Shown here: piece after piece, positions 1 through 9,928 of the stretch
Numbering within the stretch: position 1 is the first letter of the stretch
Layout: each line of letters opens with the position of its first letter
Assembly: GCA_050123235.1 (NCBI GenBank)
Contig: JASFHL010000001.1
Coordinates: 84,651-148,650 of the forward strand
Direction of reading: 5' to 3'
Origin: Candidatus Woesebacteria bacterium
Lineage (GTDB): Bacteria; Patescibacteriota; Microgenomatia; UBA1400; PJMF01
Length of the DNA stretch: 64,000 nucleotides
Position numbers and translations under genes: made by a program
The notes under the pieces: model-generated
The model's input: only the letters and a program-made list of their open reading frames with translations
What the model was told of the DNA's origin: nothing
Databases searched by the model: none

Positions 1-44
1 CCTAAAATGGCAATAGTGATTAGGAGGGGAGTATGTTTTTTCAT
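1..44 (-). CDS. 5' end of a secreted/membrane protein (truncated by window edge)
   Basis: Reads MKKHTPLLITIAILG..., signal-peptide-like; TGcTATACT -10 box 9 nt upstream of the ATG. Confidence 0.55.
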   Translation of the reverse strand, partial: MKKHTPLLITIAIL

Positions 45-74
45 AGTAAAAATAGTATAGCATAGTTACTATTT

Positions 75-695
75 TTACAGCAAAATATCAGCGATGAGAT
101 TAATGATTGGCGAAATTAAACGTGCTGCAGGTGAGACTGAGGTGAAGATTGGGAAAATTAAAAGCAATAGAACCAAAGTACCATATCGTTCCATGAAACG
201 TTCATACTCAATGGCAGTAGTTTTGGGTAGGATGGCGGTCAGGATTTTACTACCATCAAGAGGATAGATTGGCAATAAATTGAAAACAGCCAACATGATG
301 TTGATAATCACTAAGCTAATTAAAGCAGTGTTGACCACCATAAAAGGGATTAGCCCGAGTTTGATTACGATAGAGAGTAATAAGGCAACAGCTAAGTTTG
401 AGACTGGGCCTGCTAAAGCAATCAGGGCAGTGTCGCGCACAGGTTCCTTTAGATTGAAAGGATCAAAAGGAGCTGGTTTACCCCAACCAAATCTAGTTAA
501 GAGGATAGCGATGGTGCCGATAGGATCTAGATGTACTCTAGGATCTAGAGTTAGCCTACCCTTGACTCTGGGTGTAGGATCACCGAGTTTATCTGCTGCT
601 AAACTGTGGGCGAACTCATGAATCACAATTGACATCAATAAACCGGGAAAGAAAACTAAAAAAACTAGTGGTTGAGAAAAAAGTAAACTGATCAT
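75..695 (-). CDS. Site-2 protease, M50 family Zn metalloprotease
   Basis: HEFAH (HExxH) and NLLPIYPLDG motifs, multiple TM segments. Confidence 0.93.
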   Translation of the reverse strand: MISLLFSQPLVFLVFFPGLLMSIVIHEFAHSLAADKLGDPTPRVKGRLTLDPRVHLDPIGTIAILLTRFGWGKPAPFDPFNLKEPVRDTALIALAGPVSNLAVALLLSIVIKLGLIPFMVVNTALISLVIINIMLAVFNLLPIYPLDGSKILTAILPKTTAIEYERFMERYGTLVLLLLIFPIFTSVSPAARLISPIINLIADILL

Positions 696-830
696 AAAAA
701 TGCTTAGTTTTGATTATTTATTTTAAGCCGAGCTTATTATATTATCGATTGCCAAATTTGCCCAGATGTGTTGTTTTTTTATGAAATTTTTATTTGCCCT
801 CTAGGGTCATTAATGATACAATCACTCTCT

Positions 831-1049
831 ATGAAAAGTTTTGCTTTTAAATTTCCCAGAGTAGCCCATATTGGTCATAAAGTTTCTCATGCCAAAAATA
901 GAAAAAAAAGGGCTTTTAAATATAATCTACATACTGTCACTCTCAAGATAGATGGTACTAAGAAAAAATTCCGTGTGCCAACTAAGGTTTTGAGAATGCT
1001 TAAAAAGTCAGGCATGACCACTCATTGGAAAAAAGAGGCTAGTTCTTAG
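831..1049 (+). CDS. rpmB: 50S ribosomal protein L28 (Cys-less form)
   Basis: GHKVSHAKNRKKRAFKYNLH motif; start moved to ATG 831, which follows a TGaTACAAT -10 box. Confidence 0.9.
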   Translation: MKSFAFKFPRVAHIGHKVSHAKNRKKRAFKYNLHTVTLKIDGTKKKFRVPTKVLRMLKKSGMTTHWKKEASS

Positions 1050-1156
1050 TTCCCCAAGATTGCCTTTTTCTATATTTCATGGTCTAATAAAAATATACCG
1101 TCTGGAAGGAAACTTTCGAGTTTTTAAGCCAGGAATTGAATACTAATCTTTGAACC

Positions 1157-1456
1157 ATGAGCTTCAGAGAGAAAGTAACTATGGGAGAATTTAGAAAAAT
1201 AACGGATAAAGTTTTACTTGGAAAGATTACTGATTTGAATAATATGACTGATCCTGATGAACAGCTTAGACAAGCTGCTTTTCTCAGAAAAAAGTACCCC
1301 AATAATAAATGGGCTCAGCGATCAATCCGTAGAATAACTGACCCGAATTATCAGGCATTAGTACAAGCGTATGCTAATGCTTTTGGGAGGAGAGAATTCA
1401 AAAAAGCAGCAGCAATTGAGGCTGAAATAAAAAGATTATTTCCAGATTTAGCTTAA
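1157..1456 (+). CDS. Hypothetical protein
   Basis: 99-aa ORF filling the gap, converging on fmt; no recognisable motif. Confidence 0.6.
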   Translation: MSFREKVTMGEFRKITDKVLLGKITDLNNMTDPDEQLRQAAFLRKKYPNNKWAQRSIRRITDPNYQALVQAYANAFGRREFKKAAAIEAEIKRLFPDLA

Positions 1457-2547
1457 TCCCTTAGCACATTCTTGACTTCATGCCAGCTGGCCTTATTTTT
1501 ACCCTCAATTTGCACTTCATCTAGCACCAGCGTCTCTTCCTTACAATGACATTGCCAAATTTTCATTCTCTTAGGGCCTTTTGTGGTAGGGATAATAGTC
1601 CAGAGAACTGGCCAAGGTTGAAAAGCTCGACAGGCTTGTTCTATTATTTCAAGGGAAGGGTTTTTTTGCAGCCAAGTTTTTAGGAGAGGCATTTTCCTTT
1701 TTTGTCTACTTAGATTCAGTTCTTTAATTTGGTCAATTTTGATTTTTTCTTTAGAAAGGAAGCTTGGTTTTGTTTTTGCTAAATAAATTTTAAGTTTTTC
1801 CCAGCTGATAAAACTGTCGTCTTTAGTGAGGCGTCGGGCGATTGGAGTAGGTGAGTTTGTGGGCTGAGCCTGGGCTTTGATTTTTTGTTTGCTAAAGTCA
1901 AAGATAACTTGGGCTAAATTTTGATTAATTAATTTAAAAGCAGCCTGATAGTACTCAGTCTGCGTCCAGTTTTTTTGAACAGTGAAAGTTTTTTTGTAAA
2001 TGATTGGCCCTTGGTCAAGTTGCTCATTCATTTTGATCAAGCAAATGGCGCTTTGCTTTTCAGCAGTTAAGAGGACAAATTGACCAGGAGAGCTACCTCG
2101 CCACTTGGGTAAGTCAGAAGGGTGAATATTGAGCGGAGCGATTTTAGGCAATTCTAACAGCCAGTTGGGGATGAGATAACCAAAGTCAACTACCAGTAAG
2201 AGATCCAGCTCAGAAGAGTGGGAACTAAAGATTTTGTCTTTTAGAGTGGCCGATGATAATTTTTTATTTTTCTTTTTTGCCACTAGGCACTGTTTTTGGA
2301 TTTTAGTTTTTAATTCTTGATCGATTTTTTTAACTACATTAATAACAGGGATGTTCTTTTCTTCAGCAAAGTTTTGCAAAGGGTTTTTGACAATTTTTTG
2401 TTTACGGCCAATGGCTTTAGGCTGAGGAGTAAGTGTCCAGGAGATTTGAAACCTTTTGTCAGCTGCGATTGTTTGGGCGCAAGTCAAGCTATTTTGGCTA
2501 GATCCAGCAATGGCGATTTTTATAGTATTTGTACTTTGTCCTTTCAT
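1453..2547 (-). CDS. fmt: Methionyl-tRNA formyltransferase
   Basis: VVDFGYLIP, NIHPSDLPKWRGSSP, LDQGPI, RAFQPWP motifs; adjacent to def. Confidence 0.93.
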   Translation of the reverse strand: MKGQSTNTIKIAIAGSSQNSLTCAQTIAADKRFQISWTLTPQPKAIGRKQKIVKNPLQNFAEEKNIPVINVVKKIDQELKTKIQKQCLVAKKKNKKLSSATLKDKIFSSHSSELDLLLVVDFGYLIPNWLLELPKIAPLNIHPSDLPKWRGSSPGQFVLLTAEKQSAICLIKMNEQLDQGPIIYKKTFTVQKNWTQTEYYQAAFKLINQNLAQVIFDFSKQKIKAQAQPTNSPTPIARRLTKDDSFISWEKLKIYLAKTKPSFLSKEKIKIDQIKELNLSRQKRKMPLLKTWLQKNPSLEIIEQACRAFQPWPVLWTIIPTTKGPKRMKIWQCHCKEETLVLDEVQIEGKNKASWHEVKNVLRD

Positions 2548-2696
2548 GTGATTTTATTGCAGGAAAGTTTTTTTTAATTTTTTAAAAAAGGGCAATTGTT
2601 GCCAAATTTCAAAATTTTAATTTTTTCAGAATTTATACAGGCTCCAGGATTGCCGGACGATTTTGCTGCCTGGCTAACAAGCATTACTCCTGTTTT

Positions 2697-3272
2697 TTAA
2701 AAAATCTTCAACAGTGATTTATCCTCGATTTCTTCTAGTTTTTTTGTCTTTTTATTCTCTTTATAAATTGGCAAGTCATACTCTAAAATATAATCAGTGA
2801 ATAAAATACCTTCTAGATGGTCATATTCGTGCTGGATAACTCTAGCATTAAAATCTTCAAATTTAGCTTTCTGTTCAATTAAGTTCCCATTAGCAATTTG
2901 TTGATACTCAATTTCTATCCATTGCCAGCGGGGTACAGGTCCATAAAAACTAGGGATAGATAGACAGCCTTCTAAGCGTGGTTCATCTTTTTTTTGTCCA
3001 AAAATTTGTTTGTAGCTGTGTTTTTTGATGACTGGATTAATAAAGACGTGCAAGGCTGGTGATTCTTTGTTTGTCTGATTTTTCAGTTGGGTAGCAAAAA
3101 TCCTCCATGATTTATTTACTTGAGGTGCAGCTAGGCCAACTCCTTTAGGATCTCTGGCACCGCTTAAGGTAGTCTCTAAGTTCTTCACAAAGGAAATAAT
3201 CTTTTTATCAGCTTTAGTTATTGGCCTAGCCTTTTGGCGTAAAGTTGGATGTGGTGCAGTGATAACTTTCAT
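2697..3272 (-). CDS. def: Peptide deformylase
   Basis: GVGLAAPQV, EGCLS and QHEYDHLEG motifs. Confidence 0.97.
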   Translation of the reverse strand: MKVITAPHPTLRQKARPITKADKKIISFVKNLETTLSGARDPKGVGLAAPQVNKSWRIFATQLKNQTNKESPALHVFINPVIKKHSYKQIFGQKKDEPRLEGCLSIPSFYGPVPRWQWIEIEYQQIANGNLIEQKAKFEDFNARVIQHEYDHLEGILFTDYILEYDLPIYKENKKTKKLEEIEDKSLLKIF

Positions 3273-4177
3273 TTTTTCTTTACTCTGCCTCTCAAACTTA
3301 CGCTAGCACTGGCAATACTTTTACCAGTATCGCTTTCATAAGGATAAACAATGATCATGGCTGATTCTTCTTTACTCATTTCAGCCAAATTTTGGATTTC
3401 TCTAAGCCTGAAACCTCCTTCTTGTTTGGCTAAAATTTGGCTGGCTTCAGTCATTTTCTTAGCAACCGCAACTTCTGCTTCTGCTTGGATCTGTTTAGCT
3501 TCAGAGGCTCTTCTAGCACGAGCAATGACTGCTAATTCTTCGACCAACTCCGGTGGAGTGTCAATATCTGTAATGCGCACAGCTCTAACATTCACTCCAT
3601 AATTTACAGCTTGACTGTCAATCTGTTGTTTAAGTTGGCTTGCAATTTCATCACGATTACTGAGTAAGTCTTTTAGATCCATACTACCGATAGTATTTTT
3701 TAAAGCTTCAGTTGATAACCAGATAATGGAACTAAGGTAATTTTTGACATTAATGACTGCTTTTTGGGGATTTTCAACTTCAAACTCAATGGCTGCTGTT
3801 ACTCTAGTAGGAACATTGTCCTTGGTTAAAGTAGCAGTAGCTTCCACTTGCTGAGTAACGATTCTGGTATCAACAATATCAGCTACAGAATAAATAAAAG
3901 GGGGAATGAGAAAATAGCCTGGACCTTTGACACCAGCAAATTTACCCATTTTAAGTAAGACTAATCTTTCCCATTCTGGCAGTACATAGAACATTTTGGA
4001 AATTGTGAGAGCAAGCCAGATATCAACTCCTAGAAAAGCAAAAGTCACTAAAGAACCAGCTTCAGCAATGGAGATCAAGGCAGCTATTGGTAGAGAAACG
4101 AGAACTAAAATTCCTAAGACAACTAGGAAAATAGCAGTTCTGATAAAGGTTTGGACTGAGTTGGTGTTTCTTGGCAT
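3269..4177 (-). CDS. SPFH/band 7 (stomatin-like) membrane protein
   Basis: N-terminal TMs, LTKDNV, YGVNVRAVRITDI, coiled C-terminus; 4-nt overlap with def. Confidence 0.9.
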   Translation of the reverse strand: MPRNTNSVQTFIRTAIFLVVLGILVLVSLPIAALISIAEAGSLVTFAFLGVDIWLALTISKMFYVLPEWERLVLLKMGKFAGVKGPGYFLIPPFIYSVADIVDTRIVTQQVEATATLTKDNVPTRVTAAIEFEVENPQKAVINVKNYLSSIIWLSTEALKNTIGSMDLKDLLSNRDEIASQLKQQIDSQAVNYGVNVRAVRITDIDTPPELVEELAVIARARRASEAKQIQAEAEVAVAKKMTEASQILAKQEGGFRLREIQNLAEMSKEESAMIIVYPYESDTGKSIASASVSLRGRVKKK

Positions 4178-4292
4178 ATGAGCGTATTATATCAAAGTAT
4201 TTTAAGAGGCAAATAGCATGAGCTTTGCTCTAAGTTAAGAATTGTTAGAATTTTATTTTGAGTTTAGTAAAGCCTTAAAAATGTTTTCTATA

Positions 4293-6581
4293 TCAATTAT
4301 TCACCTCAGCACTCATCGAAGCTTCCACTACTTCCAGTCTTTCTTTAATCTTGGGGTCATTAGGTAAAAAATGCTCTAGTAAGTATTGATATTGTTCTTT
4401 TGCTTTTGGGTAAAGTTTTAGCATTTCATATCTCTGACCAAGATAGAACCTAGCTTCCAGATAATTATCTTTCATTTTAATACTAGCTTCTAGAGCTTGA
4501 AAGGCTTCATCAATATCTCCCAATTGGAATTTAATTTGGCTTAGTTGGAACATAAGTTTGGCATCGGTCGGAGATAGAAGAAGGGCTTGTTTGGCAGTTA
4601 ATTCTGCCTCTTGTAAATATTCTTTTTTAAGTTCAGCTAGTGAATTGAGAATATAGATTCTATTTTTGTAAAAAATTAAGTGTCTGGGGTTTAAGAATAG
4701 AGCATAGTTACTTAGTTCAAGAGCATTTTCAGCCAATTCAAGACTGGCTTCTTTTTCTTCAATCATGTTTAGTTTTAAGGCTAAGTCAGCATAAATAGTA
4801 GCTAAATTGTTATAAAATAAGGCCTCATGAGGTGATTTTTTGATAGCAAGCTCTATTTCGCTGAGGCCTTCAGTCACTCTAGCTTTTTGAACTAAAGCTT
4901 TTCCTTGGGTAAAATGAAAGTCAGCTAGCCAGATATTAGCAATGCTGTTTAAGCAATAAAAAATAACTAGGGCCACTATGCTAAGCGAAATTGGGCTAGG
5001 GATAGCAAAGATAATTTTTTTAAACTGAGATTTGATAGTTAACAAGCTTTGTTTTTGACTTAGTTTTGTCTGACTGCTTTTTTTAGTAACTTTAAGTTTT
5101 TTGCTTTCAATAACAATTACAAAAGCAGGGTAAAGAAAGAGTAGCACTGAGACCATAACTGTAGAAAAGCCGAAAAAATTGGAAATTGAAAGCGCAATAA
5201 GGCCAGTTACTAAGCCGAGGGTAATTAGAAAAAACTCTGCTTGCTTTTCTTTGAGTAGAGATCTACTAGCAACAATGAAAAAGCTAACTAAAAGAGCAAG
5301 GTAGGCAATAAAACCAACTATGCCAGTGGTGGCCAAAAAATTTAAAAATTCATTGTGAGCTTTGTTATATAAAAAGTCCCATTCAGAAAGCAAATTGTGT
5401 TCAAGAGGACGATTTTGGTAGTAACTATAGGCAAAAGTTTCTACGCCAGAACCAAAGAGTGGATAGCGTAGCCAGACTCCAATCGCTCCTTTCCACACGA
5501 CCTTACGAATATCTCCTGACTCAGTGCCACCACTGGGTATTTTTTCTATATTTTTAGTTTTAGGAGAATTTATACTTTCTGTAGTTTGAGAACTGTTACT
5601 ATACCAAAGTTCTTTTAATGATGGTGTGAAGGTCGTGCCAAAGATTCCGGCAATCAAAAAAAAGACAGTATAAAGTAAAAGCAGAGATTTAAAGAGAGGC
5701 TTAATGAATATTTGTCTGAAATTAAATTGTTTTTTTCCTTCAAGCCAAATGATACCCAGAGTATAAATGACTAAAGCAAAAGCTAAAGCTAAAATACCAG
5801 ATCTGGACTTAGTGAAAAGTAGGGCAGTGAAGATTAAAAAAGGGTTGAGAAAATAAAAAAGATTGTTAATTTTATTGAAAACTGAATTTGTATTCTTTTT
5901 AAGAGTAGCTAGCAAACTCAACGGTTTTGACTTCAGAAAAAAAGAAATTGACAGTGGTAGCAAAGTAATAAGATAGGCTGCCAACCAATTAGGTTGGCCA
6001 AGGCTAGCATAGACCCTGTTTCTTACATCTTGTACCCAACAGGAAACATCATAACTACTGATAATTTGTTTAATCGAGCTGCAGCTAGTAAAACTGCAAT
6101 TGATAGGAATGCAGCTTAGCGAATGGCCAAAGTGTTCAGGAATAGCATAAAGGGAGATTAAAAATGCTGCCAGTAAGCTGCTTTTTAAAAAAGATTTAAG
6201 TTCTTTTGCTTTCACATTACTGATGAAAGCGTAAAAGAGAACAATATAGCTGATAGTAGAAAGCAGTCCACCATGAAAACGAGTATAGTAGCCAAAGATG
6301 GAAGTCCGCTGATGTATTGAAAAAATGGTAGCTAGAATTTGAGAAAGTAAAAAGAAGCGGATAGGCAAGTCCAAACGGCTTTTTTTGAAAATGATTCTTT
6401 TCTCTAAAATCATTCTCGCCAACCAGCTAGCGGCAATCAGGGTCGTCAGTAAATAAACAAAAAGCATTTTATTAAATTCAAAAAGCTCTTCATTGACCCA
6501 AGTAAAAATAAAGGGTGTACTGATTAGCAAGAAGTGGAAGAAGAAGAGAATTATTTGTCTTAGTTTTTGTGACATTGACAT
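4293..6581 (-). CDS. O-antigen ligase/polymerase (Wzy_C) family protein with C-terminal TPRs
   Basis: SLGQPNWLA, TKSRSG, PLFGSG, KAHNEFL motifs; many TMs; TPR-like helical C-terminus. Confidence 0.88.
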   Translation of the reverse strand: MSMSQKLRQIILFFFHFLLISTPFIFTWVNEELFEFNKMLFVYLLTTLIAASWLARMILEKRIIFKKSRLDLPIRFFLLSQILATIFSIHQRTSIFGYYTRFHGGLLSTISYIVLFYAFISNVKAKELKSFLKSSLLAAFLISLYAIPEHFGHSLSCIPINCSFTSCSSIKQIISSYDVSCWVQDVRNRVYASLGQPNWLAAYLITLLPLSISFFLKSKPLSLLATLKKNTNSVFNKINNLFYFLNPFLIFTALLFTKSRSGILALAFALVIYTLGIIWLEGKKQFNFRQIFIKPLFKSLLLLYTVFFLIAGIFGTTFTPSLKELWYSNSSQTTESINSPKTKNIEKIPSGGTESGDIRKVVWKGAIGVWLRYPLFGSGVETFAYSYYQNRPLEHNLLSEWDFLYNKAHNEFLNFLATTGIVGFIAYLALLVSFFIVASRSLLKEKQAEFFLITLGLVTGLIALSISNFFGFSTVMVSVLLFLYPAFVIVIESKKLKVTKKSSQTKLSQKQSLLTIKSQFKKIIFAIPSPISLSIVALVIFYCLNSIANIWLADFHFTQGKALVQKARVTEGLSEIELAIKKSPHEALFYNNLATIYADLALKLNMIEEKEASLELAENALELSNYALFLNPRHLIFYKNRIYILNSLAELKKEYLQEAELTAKQALLLSPTDAKLMFQLSQIKFQLGDIDEAFQALEASIKMKDNYLEARFYLGQRYEMLKLYPKAKEQYQYLLEHFLPNDPKIKERLEVVEASMSAEVNN

Positions 6582-6750
6582 ATAACAGCTTTAGTTAATA
6601 TTTGCTTATAATAAATTTTAAGATCAGCACATCCTTATTTTAATAAAATATTGACTTAATTACTAGTTCGCTCTTTTTTCGTCTTCCATTATTAATTTTT
6701 TTTAGGTTAAATAATCTCTAGATACTTTTTTAAAAGTAAATCAGATCATT

Positions 6751-7491
6751 ATGTCAGACAATCATAATAAATCAAATACTAAGCAAAGTGATCAAAAGAT
6801 CCCATCTTACGCTGATCTTTATTCTCCGCCAAAGCCAAGTGCTGCAGCAAAATCGAGTTTTCTTTCTGGCAAAAGTGATTTTTCACTAGGATCGGCTCCA
6901 GTTATTTCTGACCCAATTCCAGCCTCAGCAAGATCAATGAATAGGGCTGGTTCAGCTTGGTCTGATGATGTGGCAAAGACTGCTCCTAGGCAATTGCCAA
7001 AACAATCAGCAGCACAAATAAAGCAACCCTCTAGCTTCGCTATTGACACTAGTCGTTCGGAAGATTTAGAAGACCAGAATATTTTCTTTCTTTTGGGCGT
7101 GACTGATGGTACTGATGAGGAAAAAGAGAAATTTTTAGATGAGTTACAACAGGTAATTTGGGAAGATTTTCTTGACAATGATCTAAACTTACTCACTACA
7201 GAAGAAGAATATCAAAAAGTAGAGACAATTCTATCTAATCCGGCTAAGACAGACTTAGAAAAACAAGAGGAGGTACTCAGTTTTTTGGAAGGCTTGATTC
7301 CAGATTTAGAAGAGATCATGCTTGAAAAGGCTTTGGAGTTAAAAGAGGAACTGGTTAAAGAAAGAATAGCGGGCATGAAAGAATATTATGCTGGCCAACA
7401 AGCCAGTTCTGATAGAGTACTGGAGGCAGAATCACTGCTTAGACAAAATAAATGGTATAGTATGGCCAAGATACTCAATAGTCTAAATTAA
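6751..7491 (+). CDS. Acidic helical hypothetical protein (CPR-type, possibly DUF5663-like)
   Basis: Disordered N-terminus followed by an acidic helical domain (EEKEKFLDELQQVIWE...IPDLEEIM). Confidence 0.7.
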   Translation: MSDNHNKSNTKQSDQKIPSYADLYSPPKPSAAAKSSFLSGKSDFSLGSAPVISDPIPASARSMNRAGSAWSDDVAKTAPRQLPKQSAAQIKQPSSFAIDTSRSEDLEDQNIFFLLGVTDGTDEEKEKFLDELQQVIWEDFLDNDLNLLTTEEEYQKVETILSNPAKTDLEKQEEVLSFLEGLIPDLEEIMLEKALELKEELVKERIAGMKEYYAGQQASSDRVLEAESLLRQNKWYSMAKILNSLN

Positions 7492-7568
7492 GTTCGATTT
7501 CCATTTTTCCAATCTTCTGTTATTCTCATAATAGACTTGTAGTCCTTATTTTATTGCAAGTTTAAATT

Positions 7569-8603
7569 ATGAAACGTTTTAATAAATTTTTTGCTAACCT
7601 CGAAAATTTTTTAAATTTAAAAACAGCTCATCTCTTCATTGACTGGGGAACAGCTAGAACCAGAATTGCTATCAATAATAAGGTGGTTTTTGATCAGCCA
7701 TCATTGATTGCTGTTCATCAAGCTAGTAATGCCACTGTAGCTGTTGGTAATCAGGTTAATTCATTTAAAGCTAGAGTGAATGAGAATATCACTGTTCTTT
7801 CTCCTCTAGAAGATGGAGTGATTGTTGATAATCAATTGGCCAAACAATATTTAAAAGCAGTTTTTGGTAAAATTTTAACCAAAAAAAATAGAGTCTTTAG
7901 ACTCAAGGCTACTGTTGCTTATGCTTCCTTACTTTCGCCAGTTGAAAGATCATTTTTGAGAAAAGTATTAGGTATGGCCAATATTGAAGAAGTATTATTG
8001 CTTAAAAAAGCATGGGCCATTTATTATTTTTTGAAAAAAAAGTATAAATTAAAAGATATTTGTATCATTGATGTTGGTAAAACTAGCACAGAAATTAGTC
8101 TTTTTCTGGATGATAATTTAATTAAAGTATCTAAGATTGAATTAGCCTCAGATTCATTTAATCAAGAATTAAAAACAGCTTTGCAAAAGATTCATCAGTT
8201 AGATTTAGCCATTAAAGATATTGAAAGAATCAAAGCAGAGTTGGCTGAGTTAACTATTGAAAAGAGTGCCACGGAGAAAAAGCGACAGTTAGTGGTCAGA
8301 GGGAAAGATTTAGAAGAAGGCATTGTCAAAACAGTGGCTGTCACTAATAGCGATTTTGCTAAGCCTTTTATCAAATTGGCTGGAGATTTTGTTGAAGAGA
8401 TTAAATTCTTCTTGGCTAGCATCCCTTCAGAAACAGTTTTGACAGCTCTTGATAAAGGAATCTATCTCACTGGCGGAGGCAGCAAAATGAAAGGTTTGGC
8501 AAAGTTTTTGAGAGAAAAATTAAAATCAGAAGTGATTGTTTCTGAAAACCCAGAATTAGATTTGATTAAAGGACTGGTTTTAGGGAGTGATAAAAGAGAG
8601 TGA
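7569..8603 (+). CDS. mreB: Rod shape-determining actin homolog MreB (divergent)
   Basis: IDWGT, PLEDGVI, IDVG, VRGKDL, GIYLTGGGS motifs; upstream of mreC. Confidence 0.88.
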   Translation: MKRFNKFFANLENFLNLKTAHLFIDWGTARTRIAINNKVVFDQPSLIAVHQASNATVAVGNQVNSFKARVNENITVLSPLEDGVIVDNQLAKQYLKAVFGKILTKKNRVFRLKATVAYASLLSPVERSFLRKVLGMANIEEVLLLKKAWAIYYFLKKKYKLKDICIIDVGKTSTEISLFLDDNLIKVSKIELASDSFNQELKTALQKIHQLDLAIKDIERIKAELAELTIEKSATEKKRQLVVRGKDLEEGIVKTVAVTNSDFAKPFIKLAGDFVEEIKFFLASIPSETVLTALDKGIYLTGGGSKMKGLAKFLREKLKSEVIVSENPELDLIKGLVLGSDKRE

Positions 8604-8659
8604 TAATTTATGGATCTTGATTTAATTTTTGGGTTGCTTTTTTTAGGAAAAAACAAATT

Positions 8660-9442
8660 ATGAAATTTTTAGTTTGGGATCAAAGAGAAAAAGCCAAAGA
8701 ACTTTTTTTACAAATTAGCATTTTGTTACTCTTATTCTTGTTTGAAAGCTTGGGATTGACTCAACCCATCACCGCAGTGGGTGAGCAAGTGATTAATCCC
8801 ATGCTTATCTTAACTACTAAAGTTGTTTATTTTACTAATCTACCTCTCAACTTAGCACGTAAATCATACAAATCAGCTAAAAAAATTCAAGATCTGGAAA
8901 GACGCTATAGCGAAACTTTGGCCATGCTAGGTGAAATTGAGGCTTTACGCGAAGAGAATAAAGAATTGAGAGCGATCTTGGCTAGTACTGATCGTGATTT
9001 ATCTGAGGTAATAGTGACTAGTCCTATTGTTTCTTACGCTAGTCCAGCAGTGGCAGCTGGTAAACAAGAAGGAGTGGAAGCAGGGATGATGGTGCTCTCA
9101 CATGGGACTTTATTGGCTGTGGTGGAAAAAAGCTTTGAGCATCACGCCAGTATTACTTTGTTATATCAAAAGAAACTTAAACCAATTTTAGCTAAGACAG
9201 AATCAGGGATTCAGGGTTTGATTAAGGGGGATGGCAAAAATGTCTTACTCACAGAATTACCAGTTGATGCTGAGATAAATCTTGGTGATCGAGTGCTCAC
9301 TCTTGGTCAAGCAGGAATAAAAAAAGATATTTTTATTGGTAAAGTCAGGGCCATTAAATCTGATCCATCAGCTTCAGTTAAGACTGCTGTTTTAGAACAA
9401 TATATCAATTTTTATACTATCCTGATAGTTGAAATAAAATAA
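8660..9442 (+). CDS. mreC: Rod shape-determining protein MreC
   Basis: TM, coiled coil (LREENKELRAIL), beta domain (GDRVLTLG); operon position. Confidence 0.88.
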   Translation: MKFLVWDQREKAKELFLQISILLLLFLFESLGLTQPITAVGEQVINPMLILTTKVVYFTNLPLNLARKSYKSAKKIQDLERRYSETLAMLGEIEALREENKELRAILASTDRDLSEVIVTSPIVSYASPAVAAGKQEGVEAGMMVLSHGTLLAVVEKSFEHHASITLLYQKKLKPILAKTESGIQGLIKGDGKNVLLTELPVDAEINLGDRVLTLGQAGIKKDIFIGKVRAIKSDPSASVKTAVLEQYINFYTILIVEIK

Positions 9443-9481
9443 AAATAAAATTTCGTTTTTTGAAAAAGACCAAGCTTAAAA

Positions 9482-9907
9482 ATGATAATCAAAATAAGTA
9501 AATCACTATTAAAAGTTTTATCTCTGATTTTTATTCTTTGTTTTGAGAGAGTGATTGGTTTACCATTCTTCTTTTTTCTCTTTTTATTTATCTGGCTCAA
9601 CAGTTTGCTTTTCAAACAGAGAATTATCTTGATTTTATTGACAAGTTTTTTTTTGGCTGTTGTTTACCAATTTAATTTTAGTTTAGCTTTTTTCTTAATA
9701 GCTGGATTTTTTTTACTTTTTACTCAGTCAGAATCAGTTTTGCAAGATAAAAATTTTCGTTTGCTGTTCTATAGTTTAATTTCAAGTTTGGCAACGGCAT
9801 TTTTGCTGCAGTTTGCATTGAGCTTAATAACAATTGGACAAATAGCAATTAGTATTCTTTTATTGATTTTTTTAAAAATATTAAACAAAAGGAATTTTTC
9901 CTTGTAA
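9482..9907 (+). CDS. MreD-like polytopic membrane protein
   Basis: Very hydrophobic 141-aa ORF between mreC and pbp2; assignment by position only. Confidence 0.55.
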   Translation: MIIKISKSLLKVLSLIFILCFERVIGLPFFFFLFLFIWLNSLLFKQRIILILLTSFFLAVVYQFNFSLAFFLIAGFFLLFTQSESVLQDKNFRLLFYSLISSLATAFLLQFALSLITIGQIAISILLLIFLKILNKRNFSL

Positions 9908-9928
9908 TATTTGAATCCAGCGTAATAT

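Noticed and set aside
2600-2696. SRP RNA or other ncRNA between def and fmt
   Set aside because: Only a weak CCAGG/CCTGG stem; the SRP domain IV motif is absent
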